Assembly (NCBI RefSeq): GCF_003018235.1
Contig: NZ_CP027437.1
DNA from: Escherichia coli
Lineage (GTDB): Bacteria > Pseudomonadota > Gammaproteobacteria > Enterobacterales > Enterobacteriaceae
Direction: 5' to 3' (one strand)
Length of the DNA stretch: 64,000 nt
Shown here: positions 10,552-22,035 of the stretch, piece by piece
Layout of the letters: each line of letters opens with the position of its first letter
Position numbering within the stretch: the stretch's first letter is position 1
Program-made: the position numbers and the translations under genes
The notes under the pieces: model-generated
The model's database searches: none
What the model was told of the DNA's origin: nothing
Seen by the model: the letters and a program-made list of their open reading frames with translations, nothing else

Positions 10552-11124
10552 ATGCGTGGATTACGTCCGGCATTATCGACATTTATCTTTCTGTTATTGA
10601 TTACTGGCGGCGTTTACCCGCTGCTAACCACCGCGCTGGGGCAATGGTGGTTTCCCTGGCAGGCCAACGGTTCGTTGATCCGTGAAGGTGATACGGTGCG
10701 CGGTTCGGCATTAATCGGGCAGAATTTTACCGGCAACGGCTATTTTCATGGTCGCCCGTCGGCAACGGCAGAAATGCCCTATAATCCACAGGCTTCTGGC
10801 GGGAGCAATCTGGCGGTCAGTAACCCTGAGCTGGATAAACTAATAGCCGCACGCGTTGCTGCATTACGGGCCGCTAACCCTGATGCCAGCGCGAACGTTC
10901 CGGTTGAACTGGTGACGGCATCGGCAAGCGGGCTGGACAATAACATCACCCCGCAAGCGGCAGCCTGGCAGATCCCACGCGTGGCGAAAGCGCGTAATCT
11001 CAGCGTTGAACAGCTCACGCAACTGATCGCAAAATACAGCCAACAACCGCTGGTGAAATATATCGGCCAGCCGGTCGTCAACATTGTCGAACTCAATCTG
11101 GCGCTGGATAAGCTTGATGAATAA
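10552..11124 (+). CDS. kdpC: KdpC (190 aa)
   Basis: ATG at 10552 gives [16 protein letters not shown]..., matching KdpC length; the ORF-track TTG start at 10528 overlaps kdpB and is unlikely. Confidence 0.9.
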
Positions 11125-13801
11125 CGAACCCTTACGTCCCGACCCCGATCGTCTGCTGGAACAAACTGCCGCGCCGCATCGGGGGAAGCTGAAAGTTTTC
11201 TTCGGTGCCTGCGCAGGCGTCGGGAAGACCTGGGCGATGCTGGCAGAAGCCCAGCGACTGCGGGCGCAAGGGCTGGATATTGTGGTTGGCGTGGTAGAAA
11301 CCCACGGGCGGAAAGATACCGCCGCAATGCTGGAAGGGCTGGCTGTTCTGCCGTTAAAACGCCAGGCGTACCGTGGGCGGCACATCAGCGAGTTTGATCT
11401 CGATGCCGCCCTCGCCCGCCGTCCGGCACTGATCTTAATGGACGAACTGGCGCACAGTAATGCGCCAGGTTCTCGTCATCCTAAACGCTGGCAGGACATC
11501 GAAGAGCTGCTGGAAGCTGGCATTGATGTTTTCACAACCGTCAACGTTCAGCATCTGGAAAGTCTGAATGATGTGGTCAGCGGCGTCACCGGAATTCAGG
11601 TACGGGAAACCGTGCCCGATCCTTTTTTCGATGCCGCCGACGACGTGGTGCTGGTGGACTTGCCCCCGGACGATCTGCGTCAACGGCTGAAAGAAGGTAA
11701 AGTCTATATTGCCGGGCAGGCGGAACGCGCCATTGAACATTTTTTTCGCAAAGGCAATCTGATCGCCCTGCGCGAACTGGCACTGCGCCGTACTGCCGAT
11801 CGCGTAGATGAGCAAATGCGCGCCTGGCGGGGGCATCCTGGCGAAGAGAAAGTCTGGCACACGCGCGACGCGATCCTTTTATGCATCGGGCATAACACCG
11901 GCAGCGAAAAACTGGTCCGCGCGGCGGCGCGGCTGGCGTCACGGCTGGGTAGCGTCTGGCACGCGGTGTATGTTGAAACCCCTGCCCTGCATCGCTTACC
12001 GGAGAAAAAACGTCGGGCAATTCTCAGCGCCTTACGTCTGGCGCAGGAGCTGGGCGCAGAGACGGCAACACTTTCTGATCCAGCGGAAGAGAAAGCGGTA
12101 GTGCGTTATGCCCGTGAACATAATCTTGGCAAGATTATTCTCGGTCGCCCGGCCTCGCGCCGCTGGTGGCGTCGGGAAACGTTTGCTGACCGACTGGCGC
12201 GCATCGCCCCCGATCTCGATCAGGTGCTGGTCGCGCTTGATGAACCACCCGCCCGCACGATAAACAACGCGCCGGATAGCCGCTCTTTTAAAGACAAGTG
12301 GCGGGTACAGATTCAGGGATGCGTGGTTGCCGCCGCGTTATGCGCCGTTATCACCTTAATTGCCATGCAGTGGCTGATGGCGTTTGATGCCGCCAACCTG
12401 GTGATGCTGTATCTACTTGGCGTGGTGGTGGTGGCGCTATTTTATGGGCGCTGGCCTTCGGTGGTTGCTACCGTCATTAATGTGGTGAGTTTCGATCTCT
12501 TTTTTATCGCCCCACGCGGCACGCTCGCCGTCTCTGATGTGCAATATCTGCTGACCTTCGCGGTGATGTTAACCGTCGGGCTGGTGATCGGGAACCTTAC
12601 TGCTGGCGTTCGTTATCAGGCGCGGGTAGCCCGTTACCGCGAGCAACGCACACGGCACTTATATGAAATGTCGAAAGCTCTGGCGGTGGGCCGCAGTCCG
12701 CAGGACATCGCCGCCACCAGCGAACAATTTATTGCCTCCACGTTTCATGCCCGCAGTCAGGTGTTGTTGCCCGATGACAACGGTAAATTGCAGCCGTTAA
12801 CACATCCGCAAGGAATGACGCCGTGGGACGATGCCATCGCGCAGTGGAGTTTTGATAAAGGCCTGCCTGCGGGCGCGGGCACCGACACGTTACCCGGTGT
12901 ACCGTACCAGATTTTGCCGCTAAAAAGCGGCGAGAAAACCTACGGGCTGGTGGTGGTGGAACCGGGGAATCTGCGCCAGTTGATGATCCCGGAACAGCAA
13001 CGCCTGCTGGAGACGTTTACGCTGTTAGTCGCCAATGCCCTTGAGCGGCTGACACTGACCGCCAGCGAAGAACAGGCGCGGATGGCAAGCGAACGAGAAC
13101 AGATCCGCAACGCCCTGCTGGCGGCGCTTTCGCATGATTTACGCACGCCGCTTACGGTGCTGTTCGGTCAGGCAGAAATCTTAACGCTCGATCTGGCGAG
13201 CGAAGGATCGCCCCACGCCCGCCAGGCCAGCGAGATTCGTCAGCATGTGCTGAACACGACCCGACTGGTGAATAATCTACTGGATATGGCGCGAATTCAG
13301 TCCGGCGGCTTTAATTTGAAGAAAGAGTGGTTAACGCTGGAAGAAGTGGTCGGCAGCGCGCTGCAAATGCTGGAACCGGGTTTATCGTCGCCCATCAATC
13401 TTTCTCTGCCAGAACCGCTGACCTTAATCCACGTTGACGGGCCACTCTTTGAACGGGTGCTGATTAATCTGCTGGAGAACGCGGTGAAATACGCGGGTGC
13501 GCAGGCCGAAATTGGTATCGATGCCCACGTTGAGGGCGAAAATCTACAACTGGATGTCTGGGATAATGGCCCCGGTCTTCCGCCAGGCCAGGAGCAGACG
13601 ATATTTGATAAGTTTGCTCGCGGGAATAAAGAGTCGGCGGTACCGGGTGTAGGGCTTGGGCTGGCAATTTGTCGGGCGATTGTGGATGTACACGGCGGCA
13701 CCATTACCGCGTTCAACCGACCGGAAGGTGGTGCCTGTTTTCGTGTTACACTTCCCCAGCAAACTGCCCCTGAACTTGAAGAATTTCATGAGGATATGTG
13801 A
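11117..13801 (+). CDS. kdpD: KdpD sensor histidine kinase (894 aa)
   Basis: ATG at 11117 ([16 protein letters not shown]...) overlaps the kdpC stop; Walker-type GVGKT, membrane segments and C-terminal histidine kinase domain. Confidence 0.95.
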
Positions 13802-14475
13802 CAAACGTTCTGATTGTTGAAGATGAACAGGCTATTCGTCGCTTTCTGCGCACGGCGCTGGAGGGCGATAGGATGCGCGTCTTTGAGGCCGAAACGCTGC
13901 AACGCGGCTTGCTGGAAGCGGCTACCCGTAAGCCAGATTTGATTATTCTCGATCTCGGCCTGCCCGATGGTGATGGGATTGAGTTTATCCGCGACCTGCG
14001 CCAGTGGAGCGCAGTGCCGGTGATTGTGCTTTCCGCACGTAGCGAAGAGAGCGACAAAATCGCCGCGCTGGATGCCGGAGCGGATGATTATCTGAGTAAG
14101 CCGTTTGGCATTGGCGAATTGCAGGCCCGTCTGCGCGTCGCATTACGCCGCCACTCTGCCACCACCACGCCCGATCCGCTGGTGAAATTTTCCAATGTTA
14201 CCGTCGATTTAGCGGCTCGAGTGATCCATCGCGGTGAGGAAGAGGTGCATCTCACCCCGATTGAGTTCCGCCTGCTGGCGGTGTTGCTTAATAATGCGGG
14301 AAAAGTGCTCACCCAGCGCCAGCTCCTTAACCAGGTGTGGGGGCCAAACGCGGTCGAACACAGTCATTATTTGCGTATTTATATGGGGCATCTGCGACAA
14401 AAACTGGAACAGGATCCCGCCCGCCCACGCCATTTCATTACTGAAACCGGTATTGGGTATCGGTTTATGCTTTGA
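13798..14475 (+). CDS. kdpE: KdpE response regulator (225 aa)
   Basis: GTG start overlapping the kdpD stop; receiver plus winged-helix translation [17 protein letters not shown]... Confidence 0.95.
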   Translation: MTNVLIVEDEQAIRRFLRTALEGDRMRVFEAETLQRGLLEAATRKPDLIILDLGLPDGDGIEFIRDLRQWSAVPVIVLSARSEESDKIAALDAGADDYLSKPFGIGELQARLRVALRRHSATTTPDPLVKFSNVTVDLAARVIHRGEEEVHLTPIEFRLLAVLLNNAGKVLTQRQLLNQVWGPNAVEHSHYLRIYMGHLRQKLEQDPARPRHFITETGIGYRFML

Positions 14476-14519
14476 ATTGTTATTCAATAAATTCGCTTTA
14501 ATAGTGATTAATTTATTAT

Positions 14520-14554
14520 TAAACCTGCTCCAAATATTATTATTTGGCAGGTTT
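14520..14554 (+). terminator. Hairpin downstream of kdpE (possible terminator)
   Basis: 8-bp inverted repeat AAACCTGC ... GCAGGTTT with an 18-nt AT-rich loop, 45 bp after the kdpE stop; T-tract weak. Confidence 0.3.
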
Positions 14555-14749
14555 AATTTCTTAACGCAAATATAAAACACGAAATTACAACATTTAAGTA
14601 ACAAAACAGCATCTAATATAGCAATATTCATAATTAATGATTTATTATCTGGGGTATGATCGTTTTTTTTTGATCTTCTTCACAGATTATAGCCATTTCA
14701 TGGATAGAATAACTCTACCTTCAACTGACACAGCAAGAGGTAAAGGTAA

Positions 14750-14854
14750 ATGGAAAATAATAACCGCTTAATGCCTCATATAAGGCGGACAACCCATATC
14801 ATGAAGTTTGCCCATCGTAATAGTTTTGACTTTCATTTCTTTAATGCCCGCTAG
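14750..14854 (+). CDS. speFL: SpeFL, ornithine-sensing leader peptide of speF (34 aa)
   Basis: Translated by hand: MENNNRLMPHIRRTTHIMKFAHRNSFDFHFFNAR, stop TAG at 14852-14854; about 300 bp upstream of speF. Matches the recalled arrest peptide in length and HIRRTTH core. Not in the ORF track (under 60 aa). Confidence 0.8.
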   Translation: MENNNRLMPHIRRTTHIMKFAHRNSFDFHFFNAR

Positions 14855-15164
14855 TCTTCTGACTAAAGGGCACCCCAACGTACAGGTCTCCCTGACTTTA
14901 AGCATTACAGGTTAATACCTGTATCCTTCGGTGCTCATATACTGCTAACCCTTTTAAACTCTAAATAATTCGAGTCGCAGCACTTGCAACTTGAGGTATG
15001 ACGAGTATAGCCAGTTACCGGGCTGGTCTGGGTTATTGCATCTACAAAAAGCAAACTACTGATTTATTTATCAGCGGTGGGGTTTTGCTTTTTTTCCGGC
15101 GTGATCGATTTCTCCTTTGAGAAATTGAGGACCTGCTATTACCTGAAATAAAGAGATGAACAAA

Positions 15165-17363
15165 ATGTCAGAATTAAAAATTGCCGTTAGTCGTTCTTGC
15201 CCGGATTGTTTTTCAACTCATCGCACATGCGTGAATATTGACGAAAGTAATTATATTGACGTTGCCGCCATTATTTTATCGGTCAATGATGTGGAACGTG
15301 GAAAACTCGATGAAATAGACGCTACTGGCTATGGCATTCCTGTTTTTATTGCAACGGAAAATGAAGAACGTGTACCCGCAGAATATCTGCCACGTATTTC
15401 TGGTGTCTTCGAACATTGCGAATCACGTAAAGAGTTTTATGGACGTCAGTTAGAAACCGCTGCAAGCCATTATGAAACGCAACTGCGCCCGCCCTTCTTC
15501 CGCGCACTGGTCGATTATGTTAATCAGGGCAATAGTGCTTTTGACTGCCCTGGTCATCAGGGGGGTGAGTTTTTCCGTCGCCATCCGGCAGGCAATCAGT
15601 TCGTGGAATACTTTGGTGAGGCGCTGTTCCGTGCTGACTTGTGCAACGCCGACGTAGCGATGGGCGATCTGCTGATTCACGAAGGCGCGCCATGCATTGC
15701 ACAGCAACATGCGGCTAAAGTCTTTAATGCCGATAAAACCTATTTCGTTTTAAACGGTACTTCATCTTCTAATAAAGTGGTCTTAAACGCATTGCTGACG
15801 CCGGGCGATCTGGTGTTGTTTGACCGCAATAACCATAAATCTAACCACCACGGTGCGTTGCTACAGGCTGGCGCGACACCGGTTTATCTGGAAACCGCAC
15901 GTAACCCGTATGGTTTTATCGGTGGTATTGACGCTCACTGTTTTGAAGAAAGTTACCTGCGTGAGCTGATTATAGAAGTTGCACCGCAGCGGGCAAAAGA
16001 GGCTCGTCCTTTCCGCCTCGCCGTTATTCAGCTAGGCACTTACGACGGTACGATTTATAACGCCCGTCAGGTGGTGGATAAAATTGGTCATCTGTGTGAC
16101 TACATCCTCTTTGACTCCGCATGGGTCGGCTATGAGCAGTTTATCCCGATGATGGCGGACTGTTCACCACTGTTGCTGGATCTTAATGAGAACGATCCGG
16201 GTATTCTGGTTACGCAATCCGTACATAAACAGCAGGCTGGTTTTTCTCAAACTTCACAAATCCATAAAAAAGACAGCCACATCAAAGGGCAACAGCGTTA
16301 TGTACCGCACAAACGCATGAACAACGCCTTTATGATGCACGCCTCCACCAGCCCGTTCTATCCGCTGTTTGCCGCACTGGATATCAACGCCAAAATGCAT
16401 GAAGGTGTCAGCGGTCGTAATATGTGGATGGATTGTGTGGTAAATGGCATTAATGCCCGCAAACTGATCCTCGATAACTGTCAGCATATTCGTCCGTTCG
16501 TACCTGAACTGGTGGATGGTAAACCCTGGCAGTCGTATGAAACAGCGCAAATTGCGGTTGATCTGCGCTTCTTCCAGTTTGTACCAGGGGAACACTGGCA
16601 TTCTTTTGAAGGCTATGCAGAGAATCAATACTTTGTTGATCCGTGCAAACTGTTGCTGACAACCCCAGGTATTGATGCACGTAACGGCGAATATGAAGCG
16701 TTCGGTGTACCCGCGACGATTCTTGCTAATTTCCTGCGCGAAAATGGCGTAGTGCCGGAAAAATGCGATCTTAACTCCATCCTCTTCCTGCTGACTCCAG
16801 CAGAAGATATGGCCAAACTTCAGCAACTTGTTGCCCTGCTGGTACGCTTCGAAAAACTGCTGGAATCTGATGCGCCGCTGGCGGAAGTGCTACCTTCCAT
16901 CTACAAACAGCATGAAGAGCGCTACGCCGGTTATACGCTTCGTCAGTTGTGCCAGGAAATGCATGATTTGTATGCCCGCCACAACGTGAAACAACTGCAA
17001 AAAGAGATGTTCCGTAAGGAACACTTCCCACGCGTCAGCATGAATCCGCAAGAAGCTAACTACGCCTATTTACGCGGTGAAGTGGAGCTGGTTCGTCTGC
17101 CGGATGCAGAAGGCCGTATCGCTGCCGAAGGTGCGCTTCCTTATCCTCCGGGTGTGCTGTGTGTTGTTCCGGGTGAAATCTGGGGTGGTGCTGTTTTGCG
17201 TTACTTCAGCGCTCTGGAAGAAGGGATCAACCTGCTGCCAGGTTTTGCACCGGAGCTGCAGGGTGTCTATATCGAAGAACATGATGGTCGTAAGCAAGTT
17301 TGGTGCTATGTCATCAAGCCTCGTGATGCGCAAAGCACCCTGTTGAAAGGGGAAAAATTATGA
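15165..17363 (+). CDS. speF: SpeF, inducible ornithine decarboxylase (732 aa)
   Basis: Fold-III PLP decarboxylase translation. ATG at 15165 has AAGAG about 10 nt upstream and gives the K-12 length; the ORF-track ATG at 15156 lacks spacing to the same motif. Confidence 0.9.
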   Translation: MSELKIAVSRSCPDCFSTHRTCVNIDESNYIDVAAIILSVNDVERGKLDEIDATGYGIPVFIATENEERVPAEYLPRISGVFEHCESRKEFYGRQLETAASHYETQLRPPFFRALVDYVNQGNSAFDCPGHQGGEFFRRHPAGNQFVEYFGEALFRADLCNADVAMGDLLIHEGAPCIAQQHAAKVFNADKTYFVLNGTSSSNKVVLNALLTPGDLVLFDRNNHKSNHHGALLQAGATPVYLETARNPYGFIGGIDAHCFEESYLRELIIEVAPQRAKEARPFRLAVIQLGTYDGTIYNARQVVDKIGHLCDYILFDSAWVGYEQFIPMMADCSPLLLDLNENDPGILVTQSVHKQQAGFSQTSQIHKKDSHIKGQQRYVPHKRMNNAFMMHASTSPFYPLFAALDINAKMHEGVSGRNMWMDCVVNGINARKLILDNCQHIRPFVPELVDGKPWQSYETAQIAVDLRFFQFVPGEHWHSFEGYAENQYFVDPCKLLLTTPGIDARNGEYEAFGVPATILANFLRENGVVPEKCDLNSILFLLTPAEDMAKLQQLVALLVRFEKLLESDAPLAEVLPSIYKQHEERYAGYTLRQLCQEMHDLYARHNVKQLQKEMFRKEHFPRVSMNPQEANYAYLRGEVELVRLPDAEGRIAAEGALPYPPGVLCVVPGEIWGGAVLRYFSALEEGINLLPGFAPELQGVYIEEHDGRKQVWCYVIKPRDAQSTLLKGEKL

Positions 17364-18679
17364 GTCAGGCTAAATCGAACAAAATGGGCGTCGTTCAGTT
17401 AACCATACTGACGATGGTCAACATGATGGGCTCCGGTATCATCATGCTGCCGACAAAGCTTGCCGAAGTTGGGACAATTTCAATTATCTCCTGGCTGGTG
17501 ACAGCCGTAGGCTCAATGGCACTGGCATGGGCATTCGCAAAATGCGGTATGTTCAGCCGTAAATCAGGCGGTATGGGCGGTTATGCGGAGTATGCTTTCG
17601 GTAAATCCGGGAACTTTATGGCGAACTATACCTACGGCGTCTCACTGCTAATTGCTAACGTCGCGATTGCTATTTCGGCGGTTGGTTACGGCACCGAACT
17701 GCTCGGCGCGAGTTTGTCGCCAGTGCAGATTGGTCTTGCGACCATCGGGGTGCTGTGGATTTGTACCGTGGCTAACTTTGGTGGTGCGCGCATTACCGGG
17801 CAAATCAGTAGCATTACCGTGTGGGGGGTCATTATTCCGGTGGTAGGCCTGTGCGTTATCGGCTGGTTCTGGTTTAGCCCGACGCTTTACGTTGATTCCT
17901 GGAATCCGCATCATGCACCGTTCTTCAGTGCGGTAGGTTCTTCCATCGCTATGACGCTGTGGGCTTTTCTTGGTCTGGAGTCTGCGTGTGCGAATACTGA
18001 TGTAGTGGAAAACCCGGAACGTAATGTGCCAATCGCGGTACTCGGCGGTACGTTAGGTGCGGCGGTGATTTATATCGTCTCCACCAACGTGATTGCAGGG
18101 ATTGTGCCTAATATGGAGCTGGCAAATTCAACGGCACCATTTGGCCTGGCCTTCGCACAGATGTTCACGCCAGAAGTGGGTAAAGTCATTATGGCGCTGA
18201 TGGTGATGTCCTGCTGCGGTTCGCTGCTTGGCTGGCAGTTCACCATTGCCCAGGTGTTTAAATCTTCATCTGATGAAGGCTACTTCCCTAAAATTTTCTC
18301 CCGTGTAACCAAAGTGGATGCACCGGTGCAGGGAATGTTGACCATTGTGATTATCCAGAGCGGGTTGGCGCTGATGACGATTAGCCCGTCGCTAAACAGT
18401 CAGTTCAACGTGCTGGTTAACCTAGCCGTGGTGACCAATATCATTCCGTATATTCTGTCAATGGCGGCATTAGTCATTATTCAGAAGGTCGCTAATGTGC
18501 CCCCCTCAAAAGCGAAAGTTGCAAACTTTGTTGCTTTTGTTGGCGCGATGTACAGCTTTTATGCGCTGTACTCATCCGGGGAAGAAGCCATGCTATACGG
18601 TTCCATCGTGACCTTCCTCGGTTGGACACTGTATGGTCTGGTCTCACCACGCTTTGAACTGAAAAATAAACACGGTTAA
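17360..18679 (+). CDS. potE: PotE, putrescine-ornithine antiporter (439 aa)
   Basis: APC-family transporter; ATG overlaps the speF stop (ATGA). Confidence 0.95.
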   Translation: MSQAKSNKMGVVQLTILTMVNMMGSGIIMLPTKLAEVGTISIISWLVTAVGSMALAWAFAKCGMFSRKSGGMGGYAEYAFGKSGNFMANYTYGVSLLIANVAIAISAVGYGTELLGASLSPVQIGLATIGVLWICTVANFGGARITGQISSITVWGVIIPVVGLCVIGWFWFSPTLYVDSWNPHHAPFFSAVGSSIAMTLWAFLGLESACANTDVVENPERNVPIAVLGGTLGAAVIYIVSTNVIAGIVPNMELANSTAPFGLAFAQMFTPEVGKVIMALMVMSCCGSLLGWQFTIAQVFKSSSDEGYFPKIFSRVTKVDAPVQGMLTIVIIQSGLALMTISPSLNSQFNVLVNLAVVTNIIPYILSMAALVIIQKVANVPPSKAKVANFVAFVGAMYSFYALYSSGEEAMLYGSIVTFLGWTLYGLVSPRFELKNKHG

Positions 18680-18690
18680 TTAAGCAAAGC

Positions 18691-18722
18691 AAAAAAGGGC
18701 GATCTTCCGACCGCCCTTTTTC
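18691..18722. terminator. Bidirectional intrinsic terminator between convergent potE and pgm
   Basis: A6 - GGGCG..CGCCC hairpin - T5, in the 56-bp gap between the potE stop (18679) and pgm stop (18736). Confidence 0.55.
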
Positions 18723-18735
18723 TTATTTAATGTGT

Positions 18736-20376
18736 TTACGCGTTTTTCAGAACTTCGCTAACAATCTCAACCGCTTCTTTCTCGATCTGCTTGCGATGCT
18801 CTTCACCGAGGAAGCTTTCGCAATAAATCTTGTACGCGTCTTCCGTGCCTGACGGACGCGCGGCGAACCAGCCGTTGTCAGTCATCACTTTCAGACCGCC
18901 AATAGAAGCACCGTTGCCCGGAGCAGCAGTCAGGCGTGCGGTGATCGGGTCACCTGCCAGGGTGCTGGCGCTCACCATTTCCGGAGACAGCTTAGACAGC
19001 GCCGCTTTTTGTGCGGAAGTCGCAGCTGCCTGCAAACGGTTGTAGCTCGGCGCACCAAAGCGTTTTGCCAGTTCGTTGTAGTGTTCCTGCGGGTTCTTAC
19101 CGGTGACAGCGGTGATTTCCGCCGCCAGCAGACACATGATGATGCCGTCTTTGTCGGTGGACCACGGCGTGCCGTCGAAACGCAGGAAGGAAGCCCCCGC
19201 ACTCTCTTCGCCGCCAAAGCCGAAGCTGCCGTCAAACAGACCATCAACAAACCATTTGAAACCTACCGGGACTTCTACCAGTTTACGGCCCAAATCGTTG
19301 ACCACACGGTCGATCATCGCAGAAGAAACCAGCGTTTTACCGACAGCAACATCTTTGCCCCACTGCGGACGGTGCTGGAACAGGTAGTTGATCGCCACCG
19401 CCAGGTAGTGGTTCGGATTCATCAAACCTGCCGGAGTGACGATACCGTGACGGTCATAATCCGGGTCGTTAGCAAACGCCAGATCGAACTTATCACGCAG
19501 TGCCAGCAGACCCGCCATCGCACACTCGGAGGAGCAGTCCATACGGATCGCACCGTCTTTATCTAGGTGCATAAAGCGGAAGGTTTGATCGACCTGATCG
19601 TTAACGATGGTCAGGTTGAGGTTGTAATACTCGCCAATGCGCTTCCAGTATTCGATACCGGAACCACCCAGCGGATCAACGCCCAGCGTCAGGCCCGCTT
19701 TCTGAATCGCCGCCATATCAACGATATCGGCCAGCCCTTCCACAAACGGCTGCACCAGATCCTGCTCTTTCACATGACCGGATGCCATCGCTTCGTCGAG
19801 GGAGATACGCTTCACGCCTTTCAGGCCATCGGCCATCAGTGCGTTGGCCCTGTCTTCCACCACTTTGGTGACGTTAGTATCAGCCGGGCCACCATTTGGC
19901 GGATTGTACTTGATACCACCATCTTCCGGCGGGTTATGGGACGGTGTAATCACGATACCGTCTGCCAGCGGGCCACCTTTTTTATTGTGAACCAGAATGG
20001 CATTGGAAATGGCAGGTGTCGGAGTGAAGCCATTGTTTTCCTGCACAATGACATCAACGCCGTTCGCTGCCAGCACTTCCAGAACGGAAATGAACGCAGG
20101 CTCGGACAGGGCGTGAGTATCTTTACCCACATAGCAAGGGCCAGTGATGCCGTTTTTCGCACGTTCTTCAGCAATTGCCTGAGCGATCGCCAGAATGTGC
20201 GGCTCGTTAAAGCTGTGGCGCGCTGCACTGCCACGGTGACCGGAAGTACCGAATTTCACCGCGTGCTCCGCATTCCCTGCTTCTGGTTTCAGTACATAAT
20301 ATTGCGCCGTTAGTTGGGCGACGTTAATCAAATCACTCTGTTGTGCAGGTTGGCCTGCACGATTGTGGATTGCCAT
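18736..20376 (-). CDS. pgm: Phosphoglucomutase (546 aa)
   Basis: ATG at 20376 gives [22 protein letters not shown]...; TSGHRG and SHNP motifs of alpha-D-phosphohexomutases. The 17-aa ORF-track extension is rejected. Confidence 0.95.
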   Translation of the reverse strand: MAIHNRAGQPAQQSDLINVAQLTAQYYVLKPEAGNAEHAVKFGTSGHRGSAARHSFNEPHILAIAQAIAEERAKNGITGPCYVGKDTHALSEPAFISVLEVLAANGVDVIVQENNGFTPTPAISNAILVHNKKGGPLADGIVITPSHNPPEDGGIKYNPPNGGPADTNVTKVVEDRANALMADGLKGVKRISLDEAMASGHVKEQDLVQPFVEGLADIVDMAAIQKAGLTLGVDPLGGSGIEYWKRIGEYYNLNLTIVNDQVDQTFRFMHLDKDGAIRMDCSSECAMAGLLALRDKFDLAFANDPDYDRHGIVTPAGLMNPNHYLAVAINYLFQHRPQWGKDVAVGKTLVSSAMIDRVVNDLGRKLVEVPVGFKWFVDGLFDGSFGFGGEESAGASFLRFDGTPWSTDKDGIIMCLLAAEITAVTGKNPQEHYNELAKRFGAPSYNRLQAAATSAQKAALSKLSPEMVSASTLAGDPITARLTAAPGNGASIGGLKVMTDNGWFAARPSGTEDAYKIYCESFLGEEHRKQIEKEAVEIVSEVLKNA

Positions 20377-20401
20377 TGCTTTGTCCTTTGTCTGCAACGT
20401 T

Positions 20402-20947
20402 TTAGATAGTTCCGCAAACCTTCTCAATCAATTCCGCCGGGAATTGCATCGACTGCATGATGTGTTCGATCATGCTGCATTTACGGCCGGTGTTGGTGTT
20501 GGTGATCACCCAATACGGCGTGCCAGGCACATGTTTCGGCTTGGTCTGATTACCATTTTTCAGCAGCGTTTGTTCATCTGCCGCAAAGTAAACGCGTGTA
20601 CGACCGTGCAACGATTCCGTTGCTTCGGCAAACGCCTGGGCGTCAAGAGAATATAGTGTAGACAACAGCAGCATAAAGCGATTGACCGCTCGCTTTTGCT
20701 CTGCGTATTCATCCGAAAGCAGAAGTTCACGCATTGCGCGAACCTTGTCTTTAATCGTTTTGACCGGCTTCGCTTCGACGATAGCAGGTGACGCAACGCG
20801 AACCTCTTTCGTCACCGGAGCAGCAGGCTGTGATGCGGCGGAAAATTTCAACATACGCCGTAAAATGTCGGATGCGCTCTCGCCGATATGCTTAGTGTGG
20901 CTGGCAATATAGCTGTAGAGTTCATCATCAACTTCAATCGTTTTCAT
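20402..20947 (-). CDS. seqA: SeqA, replication-origin sequestration protein (181 aa)
   Basis: ATG at 20947 gives [33 protein letters not shown]...; the longer ORF-track start is rejected. Confidence 0.95.
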
Positions 20948-21131
20948 CTTAATCCAGTGCAGTGTCTTAGCTGAATACAAGTCGCCAGGAGTATATGAAT
21001 AAATCCCGGCAGCGGATAGCGTCAAGCCTGGCTTGCAGAAAAACTCGGAATAAACCTTATTTGTTGCAGCCCTGTGGCACAATGGTCAACATAATACCCT
21101 AACCCGACAACGCGAAAAAAAGAACTTTGCC

Positions 21132-21896
21132 ATGAAATTGAATATCCGCGCGCAAACTGCACAAAACCAGCACAATAATTCTCCCATCGTTCTTGTCCAT
21201 GGTCTGTTTGGCAGTCTCGACAACCTTGGCGTACTGGCTCGCGATCTGGTAAACGATCACAATATCATCCAGGTTGATATGCGTAACCACGGTCTTTCAC
21301 CGAGAGATCCAGTGATGAATTACCCGGCGATGGCGCAGGATCTTGTTGATACCCTGGATGCACTGCAGATCGACAAAGCAACATTTATCGGTCACTCCAT
21401 GGGCGGTAAAGCGGTAATGGCACTTACTGCACTGACCCCCGATCGGATTGACAAGCTGGTGGCAATTGATATTGCTCCGGTCAATTATCACGTTCGCCGG
21501 CATGATGAGATTTTCGCGGCCATCAACGCAGTCAGTGAATCGGACGCACAAACTCGCCAGCAAGCAGCAGCAATAATGCGCCAGCATCTTAATGAAGAAG
21601 GGGTGATTCAGTTTCTGCTGAAATCTTTTGTTGATGGGGAGTGGCGCTTTAACGTGCCGGTATTGTGGGATCAGTATCCGCATATTGTGGGTTGGGAGAA
21701 AATCCCGGCATGGGATCACCCTGCCCTGTTTATCCCTGGCGGCAATTCTCCGTATGTTAGCGAGCAGTACCGCGATGATTTACTGGCACAATTTCCACAG
21801 GCACGGGCGCATGTGATTGCAGGCGCGGGTCACTGGGTCCATGCTGAAAAACCGGATGCGGTATTACGCGCTATCCGTCGCTATCTCAATGATTAA
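21132..21896 (+). CDS. ybfF: YbfF, alpha/beta-hydrolase esterase (254 aa)
   Basis: HGLFGS ... GHSMGG nucleophile elbow; divergent from seqA as in K-12. Confidence 0.9.
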   Translation: MKLNIRAQTAQNQHNNSPIVLVHGLFGSLDNLGVLARDLVNDHNIIQVDMRNHGLSPRDPVMNYPAMAQDLVDTLDALQIDKATFIGHSMGGKAVMALTALTPDRIDKLVAIDIAPVNYHVRRHDEIFAAINAVSESDAQTRQQAAAIMRQHLNEEGVIQFLLKSFVDGEWRFNVPVLWDQYPHIVGWEKIPAWDHPALFIPGGNSPYVSEQYRDDLLAQFPQARAHVIAGAGHWVHAEKPDAVLRAIRRYLND

Positions 21897-21901
21897 CGCA
21901 A

Positions 21902-21917
21902 CTGATTAAAAACCCAG
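21902..21917 (+). promoter_or_regulatory. LexA (SOS) box candidate upstream of ybfE
   Basis: CTG-N10-CAG (CTGATTAAAAACCCAG) about 120 bp upstream of ybfE; ybfE is recalled as LexA-regulated in K-12. Confidence 0.5.
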
Positions 21918-22035
21918 CGCCCGCGTCGCTTTCCGCGCGCGGGCGTTGGCGTGACTCATCGCGCTGATGTATTATGGCGCGCTATCCATCCGGGCAGAGG
22001 CCTGGCTGATTGTTTCCCCCGAAGTCACCAAAATC

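Noticed and set aside
14209-14631. ORFs overlapping the kdpE 3' end and AT-rich spacer (140 aa minus, 113 aa plus)
   Set aside because: Overlap kdpE out of frame and continue into low-complexity AT-rich DNA; no RBS; typical spurious AT-rich ORFs.
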